Source of the DNA: Thermodesulfobacteriota bacterium
GTDB taxonomy: Bacteria > Desulfobacterota > Desulfobulbia > Desulfobulbales > BM004
Length of the DNA: 49,527 nt
Assembly (NCBI GenBank): GCA_042576125.1
Contig: JBHPCH010000003.1
Location: 1-49,527 of the forward strand
Reading direction: 5' to 3'
Shown: piece by piece, positions 1 to 10,420 of the stretch
How the letters are laid out: each line of letters opens with the position of its first letter
Position numbering within the stretch: the stretch's first letter is position 1
Notes under the pieces: generated by a model
Databases searched by the model: none
Seen by the model: only the letters and a program-made list of their open reading frames with translations
Told to the model about the DNA's origin: nothing
Position numbers and translations under genes: made by a program

Positions 1-1
1 C

Positions 2-1183
2 TTTACACCGGGAATGCTTTTTGAATCTTTAAAATTTGAATATGTCGGCCCCATTCCAGGCCATCAACTTGATAATCTGATTGAAACGTTTAAAAATGTC
101 AGGGATTTCGGCCATGGCCCGATATTAATCCATGTAATTACGAAAAAGGGCAAAGGTTATGAACCTGCGGAAAATAATCCCGGCGACTATCATGGCGTGG
201 GACCCTTTAATATTGAAACCGGAGCTCCGGTTCCAGCCGCTGATTCACCCATAACATATACACGCTGTTTTGGAGACACCCTGGTCCACCTGGCCGAGAA
301 AAAACCGAATATTGTTGCTATTACTGCTGCAATGCCTGCTGGGACAGGGCTTAGCCGCTTTGCTGAACGCTTTCCCGATAGATTTTTTGATGTGGGTATT
401 GCAGAGCAGCATGCTGTCACCTTTGCTGCCGGTCTTGCCACGGAAGGCATGCTCCCTGTATTCGCTGTTTATTCAACTTTTTTACAGCGCGGCATGGACC
501 AGGTAATCCATGACGTCTGTTTACAGAACCTGCCTGTAACCTTTGCAATTGACAGGGGCGGCGTTGTTGGTGACGACGGCCCAACCCATCATGGTGTATA
601 CGACTTAACCTATCTTCGCTTCATTCCCAACCTGGTCCTGATGGCACCTAAAGACGAAAATGAAATGCAGCATATGCTTTACACTGCTATCCAGTATAAC
701 GGCCCTGCTGCCTTGCGATATCCCCGTGGTGCCGGAGAAGGCGTTGAACTGTCTGAGGACCTTTGTGAAATACCCATTGGCAAAGGGGAATTATTACGCG
801 AAGGTAAAGACATCCTTTTACTGCCCATAGGCAACCGGGTTTATCCGGCCCTGGAAGCAGCTCGTGGCCTGGAAAAGGTCGGCATTGACGCCGCGGTCAT
901 CAATCCCCGCTTTATCAAACCTCTGGATAGTGAACTGATTACTGAATGGGCTGGAAAAACAGGTAGGGTTGTAACGGTCGAAGACAATGCCCGCATGGGT
1001 GGGTTCGGCAGTGCTGTTCTGGAACTTCTTGCAGGTACAAACCTTTCCAGCGTCAAGGTTACTATTCTTGGTTATGGGGATAGATACCTGGAACACGGCA
1101 CCCAGGAAATACTCTGGCACAAGGGTAAAATTGACATTCCTGCTATTACGAATGCAGCCATGGAATTGATGGATGCGCCTTGA
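2..1183 (+). CDS. dxs: 1-deoxy-D-xylulose-5-phosphate synthase, 5'-truncated by window edge
   Basis: [57 protein letters not shown] motifs; frame is open from base 2. Confidence 0.96.
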   Translation, partial: FTPGMLFESLKFEYVGPIPGHQLDNLIETFKNVRDFGHGPILIHVITKKGKGYEPAENNPGDYHGVGPFNIETGAPVPAADSPITYTRCFGDTLVHLAEKKPNIVAITAAMPAGTGLSRFAERFPDRFFDVGIAEQHAVTFAAGLATEGMLPVFAVYSTFLQRGMDQVIHDVCLQNLPVTFAIDRGGVVGDDGPTHHGVYDLTYLRFIPNLVLMAPKDENEMQHMLYTAIQYNGPAALRYPRGAGEGVELSEDLCEIPIGKGELLREGKDILLLPIGNRVYPALEAARGLEKVGIDAAVINPRFIKPLDSELITEWAGKTGRVVTVEDNARMGGFGSAVLELLAGTNLSSVKVTILGYGDRYLEHGTQEILWHKGKIDIPAITNAAMELMDAP

Positions 1184-1293
1184 TGAGTGTGCACTACAAG
1201 GCAATCCTCAGATATTTTTATCTCTTTCCTGTATATTCAGGGAGTCCTCATTCTGTAGCACTGAGCATGGCAGGAATAGACGGATAGAAACGC

Positions 1294-1450
1294 TTAACCA
1301 GCCTGACTTTCTTCCCCTGTTTTCCAGTAGGGATTAATAAGGTCCTCGAATATGGTCATTGCAGCGCCCCGCCCCCTGGCCTGCAGCTGTGACGATCTGC
1401 TTATGACAACCCTCAACATCTCCCGCTGCATAAATACCTGGAATGTTGAC
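1294..1450 (-). pseudogene. 3' remnant of a thioredoxin-reductase-type FAD oxidoreductase
   Basis: Manual translation VNIPGIYAAGDVEGCHKQIVTAAGQG, then a frameshift in a G/C run to AAMTIFEDLINPYWKTGEESQAG*; matches the TrxB C-terminal FAD-binding motif; no start or upstream coding part. Confidence 0.72.
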
Positions 1451-1482
1451 TTTATCAGAAAATAAAACACCTGAAGTCTACT

Positions 1483-1869
1483 CTAAACGTTTTCTATCAC
1501 TTGTTTTAATTTTGACTGAACTGTAACAGCTATTTCACCCAGGGATTCATTGTTAACAGCCTGCATCGAAGCAATCGGGTCAATTGCAGCGATTTCCACT
1601 TTGCCATCATCTCTTTCCTGGACAATAACATTGCAGGGTAACATTGTACCTATTTTGTCCTCAGCCTGAAGAGCTTTGTATGCATATTGAGGATTACATG
1701 CTCCGAGTATTCTATACTTTCTGAAATCAACATTAATTTTCTTTTTTAAGGCCTCTTTAACATCGATTTGAGTAAGAACACCGAAACCTTCCTTTTTGAG
1801 TTCTTCAGTTACTTTGCTAATGGCTTCATCAAAAGTCAGATCTACTAGCTTATTGAAATAGTAAGACAT
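1483..1869 (-). CDS. DUF302 domain protein
   Basis: GFGVLTQIDV, YRILGACNP, LPCNVIV motifs. Confidence 0.9.
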   Translation of the reverse strand: MSYYFNKLVDLTFDEAISKVTEELKKEGFGVLTQIDVKEALKKKINVDFRKYRILGACNPQYAYKALQAEDKIGTMLPCNVIVQERDDGKVEIAAIDPIASMQAVNNESLGEIAVTVQSKLKQVIENV

Positions 1870-1992
1870 CTTTTTTCCCTCATTCTATGGTTCGATTTAT
1901 GTTGTCAATTCCTCAAAACGTCACGCCTAATCCATAAAACTAATGTCCATCACACCTTGCGTTGCTGTAATGAAGATTCCTTATCAGATAAC

Positions 1993-3021
1993 TTAGTCTT
2001 TTACCTTATAGTATTCCCTGTACCACTCTACAAAGCGTTTGATTCCCTCTTCGATCGGGGTGTCCGGTTTGAAGCCGACATCACGAACTAGATCGTCAAC
2101 ATTGGCATATGTGACTGGCACATCTCCCAACTGCATGGGCAAAAAATTCTTAACTGCTTTTTTTCCAAGGCACTCTTCCAGAACTTCTATAAAACGCATA
2201 AGTTCAACTTTATTGTTATTGCCGATGTTATAAATCTTATAGGGACAATTACTTGTTGACGGGTCAGGATCATCACTATCCCATTTGGTGTCTGCTTCAG
2301 GTAGTCTGTGAATTACCCGATTTACTCCCTCAACTATGTCATCAATATAGGTAAAATCCCGGAACATTTTACCGTGATTAAAAACATCTATCGGCCGATC
2401 CTCTAAAATCGCACTGGTAAACAAAAAATATGCCATATCAGGCCTTCCCCAGGGACCATAAACGGTAAAAAAACGCAGACCTGTAACAGGAAGTTTATAG
2501 AGATGTGAATAGGAGTGCGCCATCAACTCATTGGACTTCTTGGAAGCCGCATAAAGAGAGACCGGATGATCCACATTATGATGAACTGAAAAGGGTACTT
2601 TAGTGTTGGCGCCGTACACAGAGCTTGATGAGGCAAAAACAAAATGTTTTACCCCTGAGTGACGGCACCCTTCCAGTAAATTAACAAAGCCGACTATATT
2701 GGTATCAACATACGAATGGGGATTCTTAAGTGAATAGCGCACCCCTGCCTGTGCCGCCAGGTTGACTACAGCATCAAAGCTATGGTCAGAAAAAAGTTTG
2801 GCAATTCCATCCCGGTCAGCCATATCCATATTTACATGACTATACAAATGATAGAGAGTAAGCCTGTCAAGCCGTGCCTTTTTCAGGTTAGGGTCGTAAT
2901 ATGGATTAAAGTTATCGAGGCCAACAACCTCAACATTATTATCCAGAAGCTTTATGGCAAGGTGAAAACCAATGAACCCTGCAGACCCGGTAATCAACAC
3001 TTTTTTTATGGTAGAATCCAT
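1993..3021 (-). CDS. NAD-dependent epimerase (UDP-glucuronate 4-epimerase type)
   Basis: TGSAGFIG, LAAQAGVRYS, YAASKK, FFTVYGPWGRPDMA. Confidence 0.92.
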   Translation of the reverse strand: MDSTIKKVLITGSAGFIGFHLAIKLLDNNVEVVGLDNFNPYYDPNLKKARLDRLTLYHLYSHVNMDMADRDGIAKLFSDHSFDAVVNLAAQAGVRYSLKNPHSYVDTNIVGFVNLLEGCRHSGVKHFVFASSSSVYGANTKVPFSVHHNVDHPVSLYAASKKSNELMAHSYSHLYKLPVTGLRFFTVYGPWGRPDMAYFLFTSAILEDRPIDVFNHGKMFRDFTYIDDIVEGVNRVIHRLPEADTKWDSDDPDPSTSNCPYKIYNIGNNNKVELMRFIEVLEECLGKKAVKNFLPMQLGDVPVTYANVDDLVRDVGFKPDTPIEEGIKRFVEWYREYYKVKD

Positions 3022-3070
3022 GTCTTCCCTTTGAAAAATAGTATTATTATTTTTCTATACACCCAAAAAC

Positions 3071-3193
3071 ATGGTGGATAAAAAAGCTTCAGATGCAAGA
3101 AGCGTGAATTTTGAGGCATGAGGCGTACACCAGTACGCCGCAATAACGAGAAATTTACTGCGACACAGCAGATGGAGTTTTTTTATCCACCAT
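3071..3193. repeat. 123-bp palindromic intergenic element (REP/MITE-like)
   Basis: Terminal inverted repeats ATGGTGGATAAAAAA...TTTTTTATCCACCAT and inner hairpin GGCGTAC-ACCA-GTACGCC. Confidence 0.75.
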
Positions 3194-4479
3194 TAATCGT
3201 CGAAATCGCCAGCAGGCCCCTTATCCGAATCAATGGTAGCCCCACGTTCAATAATCTTATCTTCGGTCCATTGAGCGGGATCTTCAATTCTGTCAACCTT
3301 GTGCCCCAGGTCATATGACCCGGCCTGTAGAATTGCCTCAATACCAAGAGAAGCTGTGTCTTCAGCATTAAAAACATCCACAAGCAGGGTATAGACAAAA
3401 TCCTCTACCCGTTTACACATCCTCTCCCGTATTTCTTTTGGCTGGCTGAGAAGTTTATTTTCAAACGGCAGATTGAGCTTTTTATAATTGCCGCCCTTCC
3501 ATCCCTGTTCATCTGCATATGCTACTATTGCCTGCCACATCTCATCCGTAACACCCTGGCCCGGAACCTTGATGAAATTTCCCTGCTCGTCAAGCCTGGC
3601 ATTGCCATAATCATTGACTTCTAGTCCCCAGGAAATCATCTGGAGAGCCGTGGCCACGTTTGCTTTAGTAGTTCTTGTTTGCGAGGCAATTGCACGCAGA
3701 CGTTCAGAACTGTTCCCGGATGTTCCGTGCTGGGCACCGGAAATTTTATACTTTGTCAAATTTTTATGGATCTCTGCAGTAAGCTCCACCTGGATACCCT
3801 GATCACTTGCCTCTATACCATGGGTTGTACCGTTGTTAAGTGCTATCCAGTCCGGGAAGATATCATTGGCATTCAATCCCTGGATGAGAAAAAGTGCTTC
3901 CTCAACAGTTGAAAGCCCCTGCTTGCCCTTTATCTCACCAACTTCTGTTTCAAGGGAGGCCCAACTCGGAATACAGGGGTTTAGGGCAATGTTGGCAAGG
4001 AGATTTCTGGCATCGGGAAGATGTGAGGCATCAATTGCAATCGAGGTAATTCCTGCTTCAAACAGGGTAGGTATTTCAACTTTGGCGGCTTCGACATCTC
4101 CATCGTTTTTTATACCATAATGGTCAGCATGAATTGCAACAGGGATGGTGATGCCCAATTCATTACAAACTGCATCCACCTGTCTGGCAATGTTCCAGTA
4201 ATTTACCGCACAATAGGCATTGGCACCGCCCTCTGACTTTGCAATTTCTATGATAATAGCACTGTTCGCTCTCTGGGCTGCAGCCAGGGCCCCACGAATA
4301 ACAAAATAATTTCGCCCATTGGCAGCTATAGTCATGGCTTTACCTTTTTTCATCATAGCCCGGTCAATCACTTTACCACTGACAATCAGGGCCTGGGAAT
4401 GAGGGAAAAGTTTTGTCACATTTGGGGGTCTGCCAATTTCGACCGCCCTTTTATATTCAGTTTTTGAATTCTGAGTCAT
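3193..4479 (-). CDS. fba: Class II fructose-bisphosphate aldolase
   Basis: HADH, IDASHLP, ETEVGEI, NGTTHG, QHGTSG, KANVAT metal-binding motifs. Confidence 0.88.
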   Translation of the reverse strand: MTQNSKTEYKRAVEIGRPPNVTKLFPHSQALIVSGKVIDRAMMKKGKAMTIAANGRNYFVIRGALAAAQRANSAIIIEIAKSEGGANAYCAVNYWNIARQVDAVCNELGITIPVAIHADHYGIKNDGDVEAAKVEIPTLFEAGITSIAIDASHLPDARNLLANIALNPCIPSWASLETEVGEIKGKQGLSTVEEALFLIQGLNANDIFPDWIALNNGTTHGIEASDQGIQVELTAEIHKNLTKYKISGAQHGTSGNSSERLRAIASQTRTTKANVATALQMISWGLEVNDYGNARLDEQGNFIKVPGQGVTDEMWQAIVAYADEQGWKGGNYKKLNLPFENKLLSQPKEIRERMCKRVEDFVYTLLVDVFNAEDTASLGIEAILQAGSYDLGHKVDRIEDPAQWTEDKIIERGATIDSDKGPAGDFDD

Positions 4480-4570
4480 AATTATCTCTCCTCATATAAA
4501 GTCAATTCATCTTTTGTGATTGTATAATAGTAGGCAAAGGAGCATGCGACAACATTCAATTTCCTTTAAA

Positions 4571-5382
4571 TCAATTTTCCTCTTTATTTTCCATCTCAGT
4601 TTCTGCAACCAATTCTTCAGCAGATTCATCTTCCGGTTCAGAATGGAAAGTGTATTTCAGTTTCTTTCTACCGAATATCCAGACTGAAACAATGCTTATT
4701 TCATACAAAATGAGAAGCGGAACTCCCATGAGCATCTGATTTACTATGTCAGGAGTCGGAGTCAATATTGCAGCAATAATAAAATTAATCAGAATGGCAT
4801 ACTTTCTATTTTTGTTAAGGAAAGGAACATCAACAATACCTATTTTGGCAAGAAATACCATGAGAATAGGCAGCTCAAAGATAACTCCGAATGCAATCAG
4901 TAATCTGAGTGATAAAGAAAAATATTCATTCACTGCCGGCATGGGACTTAAAAAGTCAGCAGAATATCCTAACAGAAAACGAAAGGCTGGGGGAAAAACT
5001 ACAAAATAACCAAATGCTGCACCGCCAAGAAAACAAACAGAGGAGAGAAAAGAAAAAGGCAAGAGAACTTTTTTTTCATGTTTATAGAGACCGGGCGCCA
5101 CAAACTTCCATATCTGCCAGAAAATAACAGGACTGCCCAAAAGTACACCGCTGACCAGGGCCAATTTTAGATAAAAAAAAAGGCCTCCTGATAGGAAATA
5201 AAAATAAGGCTCGTTTGCTCGGGCAGCACATCATACAAAGGCTTGAAAAACCAGTTGCCGATATCCTTGACAAAAGCATATGAAACCGCAAACCCTATAC
5301 CCGCTGCAATAAACGAACGAATAAGGCAGCTTCGTAAATCAGTTAAATGCTCAGTCAGCATCTGCTTCTTAAAATCTTCCAT
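4571..5382 (-). pseudogene. tatC: Twin-arginine translocase TatC, split by a 1-nt frameshift in a T9 run (possibly an assembly error)
   Basis: LTEHLTDLR..LIRS in one ORF and QIWKFVAPGLY, FELP, AAILTPTPD in the next; adding one T at 5173-5181 gives EAFFFYLKLAL. Confidence 0.85.
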
Positions 5383-5705
5383 ACAACCGGTTCCAAAATA
5401 GAGATAAGTACATGACAATTACATAAACATGTAAAAATGAAGGGATACCATAAATCGTCATAGACAAAACATCAAATTGAAAATTAAATTGCAGGTGTTT
5501 TTTATTATTTTCATTGATTTCCCGGAAAAAGCCCATGCAATTTAGTAGTATTTTCTCAGGTTTTCCCTGTAATAAATCCCAATAAAACAGTCAAAACTCT
5601 TTCACATTGACAATTTCATAGTAACTATATTTAATTGTTATATATTCATCACTTTAAATACCTAGTCCCTTAAATACTTTCCATATATATATATTGGGAG
5701 AAAAC

Positions 5706-6899
5706 ATGAGGTCAATCCGCAACCAACTGCTGGACATTTTTGAACAATTTTCTGATGATGATGCAGGTCTTTTAGAAGCCCTTCAAGACCTGATTACCAA
5801 AGAAGGGAAAGGGGTTTATACATTTATTTTCCAGATTCTGACCAACCTTGACCTGCCTCCCGCTGAAGCAGAAAAACACTGGCAACGGATCATTTCGAAT
5901 TGTAATGATTTAAGTAGTGCAATAGGCCGTGAAGTAAACCTCAGAACTGCTGTCTGTGACTATTTCTGTTCCATTAACAAATCTCTGCATAACCCTAAAA
6001 TTATTGAAATACGTCTTTTTGAAAAAGCTACAAAATCATCAACATTTGACAATCTTACCGGCCTTTTAAACCGCAATACTTTTGATGAGACCCTTCACCG
6101 TGAAGTATCCAGGGCAAAACGCCATGATTCAAGCCTGACTTTATTATTCATAGATCTGGATGATTTTAAAAATGTCAATGATACATTTGGGCATCTGGCA
6201 GGCGACGAAGTATTAAAAAAGGTTGCCCACCTCATAATGGTAGAAAAAAGATCCGAGGATATCGCAGCTCGCTACGGAGGCGAAGAAATAGCTCTCCTGC
6301 TGCCAGAAACCAGCAAAGCAGACGGCTGGCTGATAGGTGAAAGAATTCGAAAAAAAGTTGAAGAGATTCAAATCCCCTACGAAGACCAAAACATACATAT
6401 TACTTTAAGTGGCGGTATTGCATCTTTTCCAATTGATGCCAGCGATGATCTTACATTACTGAAAAGTGCTGATCTGGCTATGTACCGGGCAAAAAGTTTT
6501 GGAAAAAACAATATTTCCTTCTTCTCTCTGGACAAAAGAAGAAATATCAGGGTGGATTATAACATTGCCGTTGAAATCCAGGAACTGGGCATGCAGGTCA
6601 AACCGATGCTAACCGCAACAACGAAAAGCCTGAGCATCGGTGGTATATTGCTCGAGAGCCAAGGGCCTTTGGAGATAGGTTCTAAAATTCAGATCAACAT
6701 TACTTTCGATTCAACAAAACCTCTTCTTATAATCGGCACGGTTATCCGGTCAGATAAAACGGAATCCTCCAATTATGAGACCAGCATCGCTTTTCTTGAT
6801 TCTGACAAAGTGGTCAGAAATGAGATATCAAGTTACCTGATCAAGCATCTCAAAGAGCTACCCCCTGAAACCTCAGACACTTCCCAGAACCAATCGTAG
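5706..6899 (+). CDS. Diguanylate cyclase (GGDEF) with C-terminal PilZ domain
   Basis: DNLTGLLNR, DLDDFKNVNDTFGHLAGD, RSED I-site, RYGGEEI; PilZ RRNIR...SLSIGG; start may be TTG at 5694. Confidence 0.9.
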   Translation: MRSIRNQLLDIFEQFSDDDAGLLEALQDLITKEGKGVYTFIFQILTNLDLPPAEAEKHWQRIISNCNDLSSAIGREVNLRTAVCDYFCSINKSLHNPKIIEIRLFEKATKSSTFDNLTGLLNRNTFDETLHREVSRAKRHDSSLTLLFIDLDDFKNVNDTFGHLAGDEVLKKVAHLIMVEKRSEDIAARYGGEEIALLLPETSKADGWLIGERIRKKVEEIQIPYEDQNIHITLSGGIASFPIDASDDLTLLKSADLAMYRAKSFGKNNISFFSLDKRRNIRVDYNIAVEIQELGMQVKPMLTATTKSLSIGGILLESQGPLEIGSKIQINITFDSTKPLLIIGTVIRSDKTESSNYETSIAFLDSDKVVRNEISSYLIKHLKELPPETSDTSQNQS

Positions 6900-7209
6900 T
6901 TTATCAAAACATATAAAAATCCCCAATAAACATCCGGACTCAGGCGAAGGGATGAAAATAAATATATCCACAAAAAATCAAATTTTTGCCTTAGTCTCTG
7001 GTACAACCTCGAGTGCATAAAATCTTCAATCCGCCCTCCCCTGAATCATACGTTTGGAACGTTTACATAAACAAAAAAAATAGGTATTATTTATATAAAA
7101 AAAATCATAGAGCCATTACAAAAAAACAGTAATTGAATTACTATATGATGAATCAATACTAATATGTTTTATTCGTTGATTTTTACGCCAACTGTAAGTT
7201 TGATATAAT

Positions 7210-7695
7210 ATGCAACAACCAGAATTTTCCAAAACCTTTGTCAGGCCGGATGGTACAGCGGTCTTGACCTGCCCATATTGCTACCGGCAAAAAGAAATCT
7301 CGGTGACCTCTTTCAGGGGACATAAACACAAACTTAAAATAAAATGTTTTTGCAAAAATGCTTTCAATGTTTTTCTGGAATTTCGTAGAAGGGTTCGCAA
7401 AACAACACAACTGCCAGGAACCTTTATCAATCATTCACAAAATAGCAGCAGGTGCCATTTTTTAGTCCTGGATGTTTCTTTAATCGGTCTGACATTTTCC
7501 AGTTTGGATGCTTCCATTATCAATGAAGATGATGAACTTAGCATAGAATTTACCCTGGACGATGGGCTCTATACTAAAATCAGCAGAAATGCAGTTGTCA
7601 GGAATGTTCGCCCTGGGTCTATTGTTGGGGTAGAGTTTGAAATATCGAACGTAGTCGCTGGCGGGCCCTTGGGATATTATATAAATCATGGGTAA
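7210..7695 (+). CDS. PilZ domain protein with N-terminal Cys cluster
   Basis: CPYC...CFC, RRRVR and DVSLIG PilZ motifs. Confidence 0.8.
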   Translation: MQQPEFSKTFVRPDGTAVLTCPYCYRQKEISVTSFRGHKHKLKIKCFCKNAFNVFLEFRRRVRKTTQLPGTFINHSQNSSRCHFLVLDVSLIGLTFSSLDASIINEDDELSIEFTLDDGLYTKISRNAVVRNVRPGSIVGVEFEISNVVAGGPLGYYINHG

Positions 7696-7750
7696 GAAGT
7701 GATTTAATATTCCCAGAAACATTATAGAAAAAATCTATCTTAAAATAATA

Positions 7751-7785
7751 AAAAAGGGATTCAGCCTTAATGGCTGAATCCCTTT
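7751..7785 (-). terminator. Intrinsic terminator downstream of the displaced tRNA 3' end
   Basis: AAAGGGATTCAGCC-TTAAT-GGCTGAATCCCTTT 14-bp stem with T-run on the minus strand. Confidence 0.8.
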
Positions 7786-7793
7786 GATACTGT

Positions 7794-7850
7794 TGGTGCC
7801 CGGGACGAGAATCGAACTCGTACACCCATACGGGCGAGGGATTTTAAGTC
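7794..7850 (-). repeat. att site: 57-bp exact copy of the tRNA-Leu 3' portion
   Basis: Identical to 15497-15553 (TGGTGCCCGGG...ATTTTAAGTC); diverges just past the anticodon loop. Confidence 0.95.
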
Positions 7851-7987
7851 AGTCCTAATTTCAAAAGATATTATCTCTTTACATTTCCCCTAGTGCCTAA
7901 ACATATAGTTTTGCTAGTTAGTATTATCAGTTAGTTACGGGCTATTGTGCCTAAAAATTACAACCTTTAAAAAGGAATTTTAAAATT

Positions 7988-8224
7988 ATGATTATTCAAT
8001 ATTCAGTTAGAGCAGCAAATTCTTATGAGGGTGACATTGAAGATGGTCACCTTGTTACATTTGAAGATGTTTTTGAACAAGGATTTTGTGTTGAAGGAGA
8101 GAATATGACAATAGCTGACGCTTTAGTTAAAGCTGAAGAACATTTAAAAAATTATGTGGGATTAAAAATAATAGCTATTGAATTTCTCGAAGCTATATCA
8201 GACGATGCTAAAACACAAAACTGA
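7988..8224 (+). CDS. Hypothetical acidic protein (78 aa)
   Basis: ORF with AAGGA upstream; no motif recognised. Confidence 0.6.
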   Translation: MIIQYSVRAANSYEGDIEDGHLVTFEDVFEQGFCVEGENMTIADALVKAEEHLKNYVGLKIIAIEFLEAISDDAKTQN

Positions 8225-8370
8225 TGACGAGCGGTGCCTTTACACCGCACTAAGCGAGGAAGAAGTTTTATACTTAGGCACCTCTAAGTCTGTCCTAAAA
8301 AGTCAACATATCCACCGTACATCTTGATATTTTAAAAATGATTCACGACTGTAAATGTATAGCAGAAACC

Positions 8371-9624
8371 TCAATTTGAGTTTAGATAATCTTTAAACAC
8401 ATTATACTTCCGACTCAAATACATTGTTTCAGGTACATTATCATAAAAGTAGTGATATAGTTTAATGCAATCCTTATGGCTAACTTTGATATAATAAGAT
8501 GGTTTTTTTGTGCGATGTTTTCGATGAATAGTAAACTTCTTAAAACCAACACCATATAATCTATCAGCTAACTCAGTAATAAATAATTTTGAACCAGAAA
8601 CGAAATCTCCTCTTAGCTTATCTCTTTGTTTTTCAATGTAAAAAGAACCATCACCATCCCAACAACCTCTTATAAAATGTCTTAAACAGCAATCTGGAAC
8701 AATTGGGAAATTTACTGTTCTGCTTTTTTTTGTATGGAGGCCCAATCTTACAAGTTGTTTAAAAAGATGTTCACTTCTAATATTAAATCGATAGAGTTCA
8801 CCCGCGGTTATCTTTTTGTATTTTTTTTCTTCTGTGAAATAGAGAGTTGCATTAGAATCCATTAAATTCAAAACTTTTTCGAGCAATTCAGGCTCCTTTT
8901 GGCCAATCCCAAAACCTCCAACCGTATTAATTCTTTTAATTAAATACCCATCAGCATAAATTACACCTAAAACATATGCCATTTTAGGATACCAACTATC
9001 AAAAAAAGACTCATTACAGATGATTTTTTGATGTGTAACTGTAATAGTTTCGCCACTAGAGAGAGTTTTGTCGTGTGCTATTTTTCCTTTATCATATGCA
9101 ATAGTTCTGGCTTCTGATTGATTTCTGATTGGGATATTATATTCTTTTAATAAAAGCCTAATACCCTGAGCAGAATATCTTAATTTTTCACCAATCTCTC
9201 GCAGTGATTTACTCTGAATTATATATAGTTCCTGTAGTTGTTCTTTGGTTGGTTTTTCTCGTCTTCTCCTCTCGCCATATGTTGTTTTAATTCTATGATT
9301 TTTTCTATTTTCGAGTTCGTAACATTTTTCACATAAGCCCCTCGCTCTATGCGGCCTCTTTATTGTCTTGCATTTAATACACCTATCATGTTTTAAGGCC
9401 CATTTAGGTTGTTGGTTTGTTGGTTTATTAAGTTCTTTTTTGGAAGATATTTTTTGTTTTTTCTTTCTTGATACTTTGTAAACCTTTCCCGTAGGAACTC
9501 CGTCAGTTTGCGAAACCCTCTCTAAGTCAAACAAGTTTCCTTGTTGGGCTTTTTCTATTTGTTCTTGCTGAGCAATTCGCTTGATTTCAGCAATTATTTT
9601 TTCATAATCTTTATCTTCATTCAT
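8371..9624 (-). CDS. Free-standing double-motif LAGLIDADG endonuclease-like protein with N-terminal Zn finger and HTH
   Basis: AYVLGVIYADG and HFIRGCWDGDG motifs; CIKC...HRARGLCEKC; SLREIGEKLRYSAQGI helix-turn-helix. Confidence 0.82.
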   Translation of the reverse strand: MNEDKDYEKIIAEIKRIAQQEQIEKAQQGNLFDLERVSQTDGVPTGKVYKVSRKKKQKISSKKELNKPTNQQPKWALKHDRCIKCKTIKRPHRARGLCEKCYELENRKNHRIKTTYGERRRREKPTKEQLQELYIIQSKSLREIGEKLRYSAQGIRLLLKEYNIPIRNQSEARTIAYDKGKIAHDKTLSSGETITVTHQKIICNESFFDSWYPKMAYVLGVIYADGYLIKRINTVGGFGIGQKEPELLEKVLNLMDSNATLYFTEEKKYKKITAGELYRFNIRSEHLFKQLVRLGLHTKKSRTVNFPIVPDCCLRHFIRGCWDGDGSFYIEKQRDKLRGDFVSGSKLFITELADRLYGVGFKKFTIHRKHRTKKPSYYIKVSHKDCIKLYHYFYDNVPETMYLSRKYNVFKDYLNSN

Positions 9625-9781
9625 GTTTTGCTGTATCTAGATTGTGTCCAAATTCTGACGGAATACCATTACTTGCCAACATGTTGACCCTAAAATGAAG
9701 AATTACCAGTTAAGATGTGCACTGGCAATAGTAACTTGTTTGGGTGGTACTGTTAGTACAGATTCATAGCAGGAAGTTTGA

Positions 9782-10420
9782 TTATTTTTCGGTGAAAAAT
9801 TCACCATTTAGGTACAATTCTTTAAGGATTTCTCTGCCTTCCTGGGTAAATGCAGGAAAATGTAAATTCATCAAGAAAAATTCCATTGATTTTAAAATAG
9901 ATTTAAACAATTCAATTTGTTCGTTAACATTTTTAGTGCTGAGTTTCTTTTTTGCTTGAGACATAATCTGCTCGTTCTCTTTATGTATTGTATGAATCGA
10001 ATGACCATGCACTAGTTTATTTCGAGTTTCATTAAATTTTTTAATTTTACCTACTATCTTGTAATGATTAGATAATTCATTAAGTTCATCTATCGTTTTT
10101 ACCTGAAACCTTGTGAAATATATGAACATTATAGTTTTTTGGAGATAACTTACAGAATCAACATCTTCAATAATTTTATCATTTAATTGTAATCCTGCAT
10201 TATGTGAAATGCTTTCTTTGTCAAAACCTGGAATTTTTTGGACACACATAATGGGAGCTAGGTTTGAAAAAAGAATGTTTAATCCCAGTTCAAGAACAAA
10301 ATGTAAATTAATCAAAAGTTCAGCAGTTTCTGCCTCAGATCTATTGGATTTATTGAATAAATGAGTCACCTTATTTCGATATGACTGTAAGATTTGAAAT
10401 GAAAATGTTTTGTATTGCAT
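9782..10420 (-). CDS. Hypothetical protein, candidate HEPN-fold RNase
   Basis: Helical-looking 212 aa protein with RNKLVH (R-x4-H) and upstream LHFVLE; fold assignment is inference. Confidence 0.5.
   Translation of the reverse strand: MQYKTFSFQILQSYRNKVTHLFNKSNRSEAETAELLINLHFVLELGLNILFSNLAPIMCVQKIPGFDKESISHNAGLQLNDKIIEDVDSVSYLQKTIMFIYFTRFQVKTIDELNELSNHYKIVGKIKKFNETRNKLVHGHSIHTIHKENEQIMSQAKKKLSTKNVNEQIELFKSILKSMEFFLMNLHFPAFTQEGREILKELYLNGEFFTEK

Noticed and set aside
7794-7850. Second tRNA-Leu gene
   Set aside because: Lacks the 5' acceptor strand and D-arm; it is the att duplication
9668-9735. Integron attC site
   Set aside because: Imperfect hairpin does not satisfy RYYYAAC/GTTRRRY, and the integrase is phage-type rather than IntI-like
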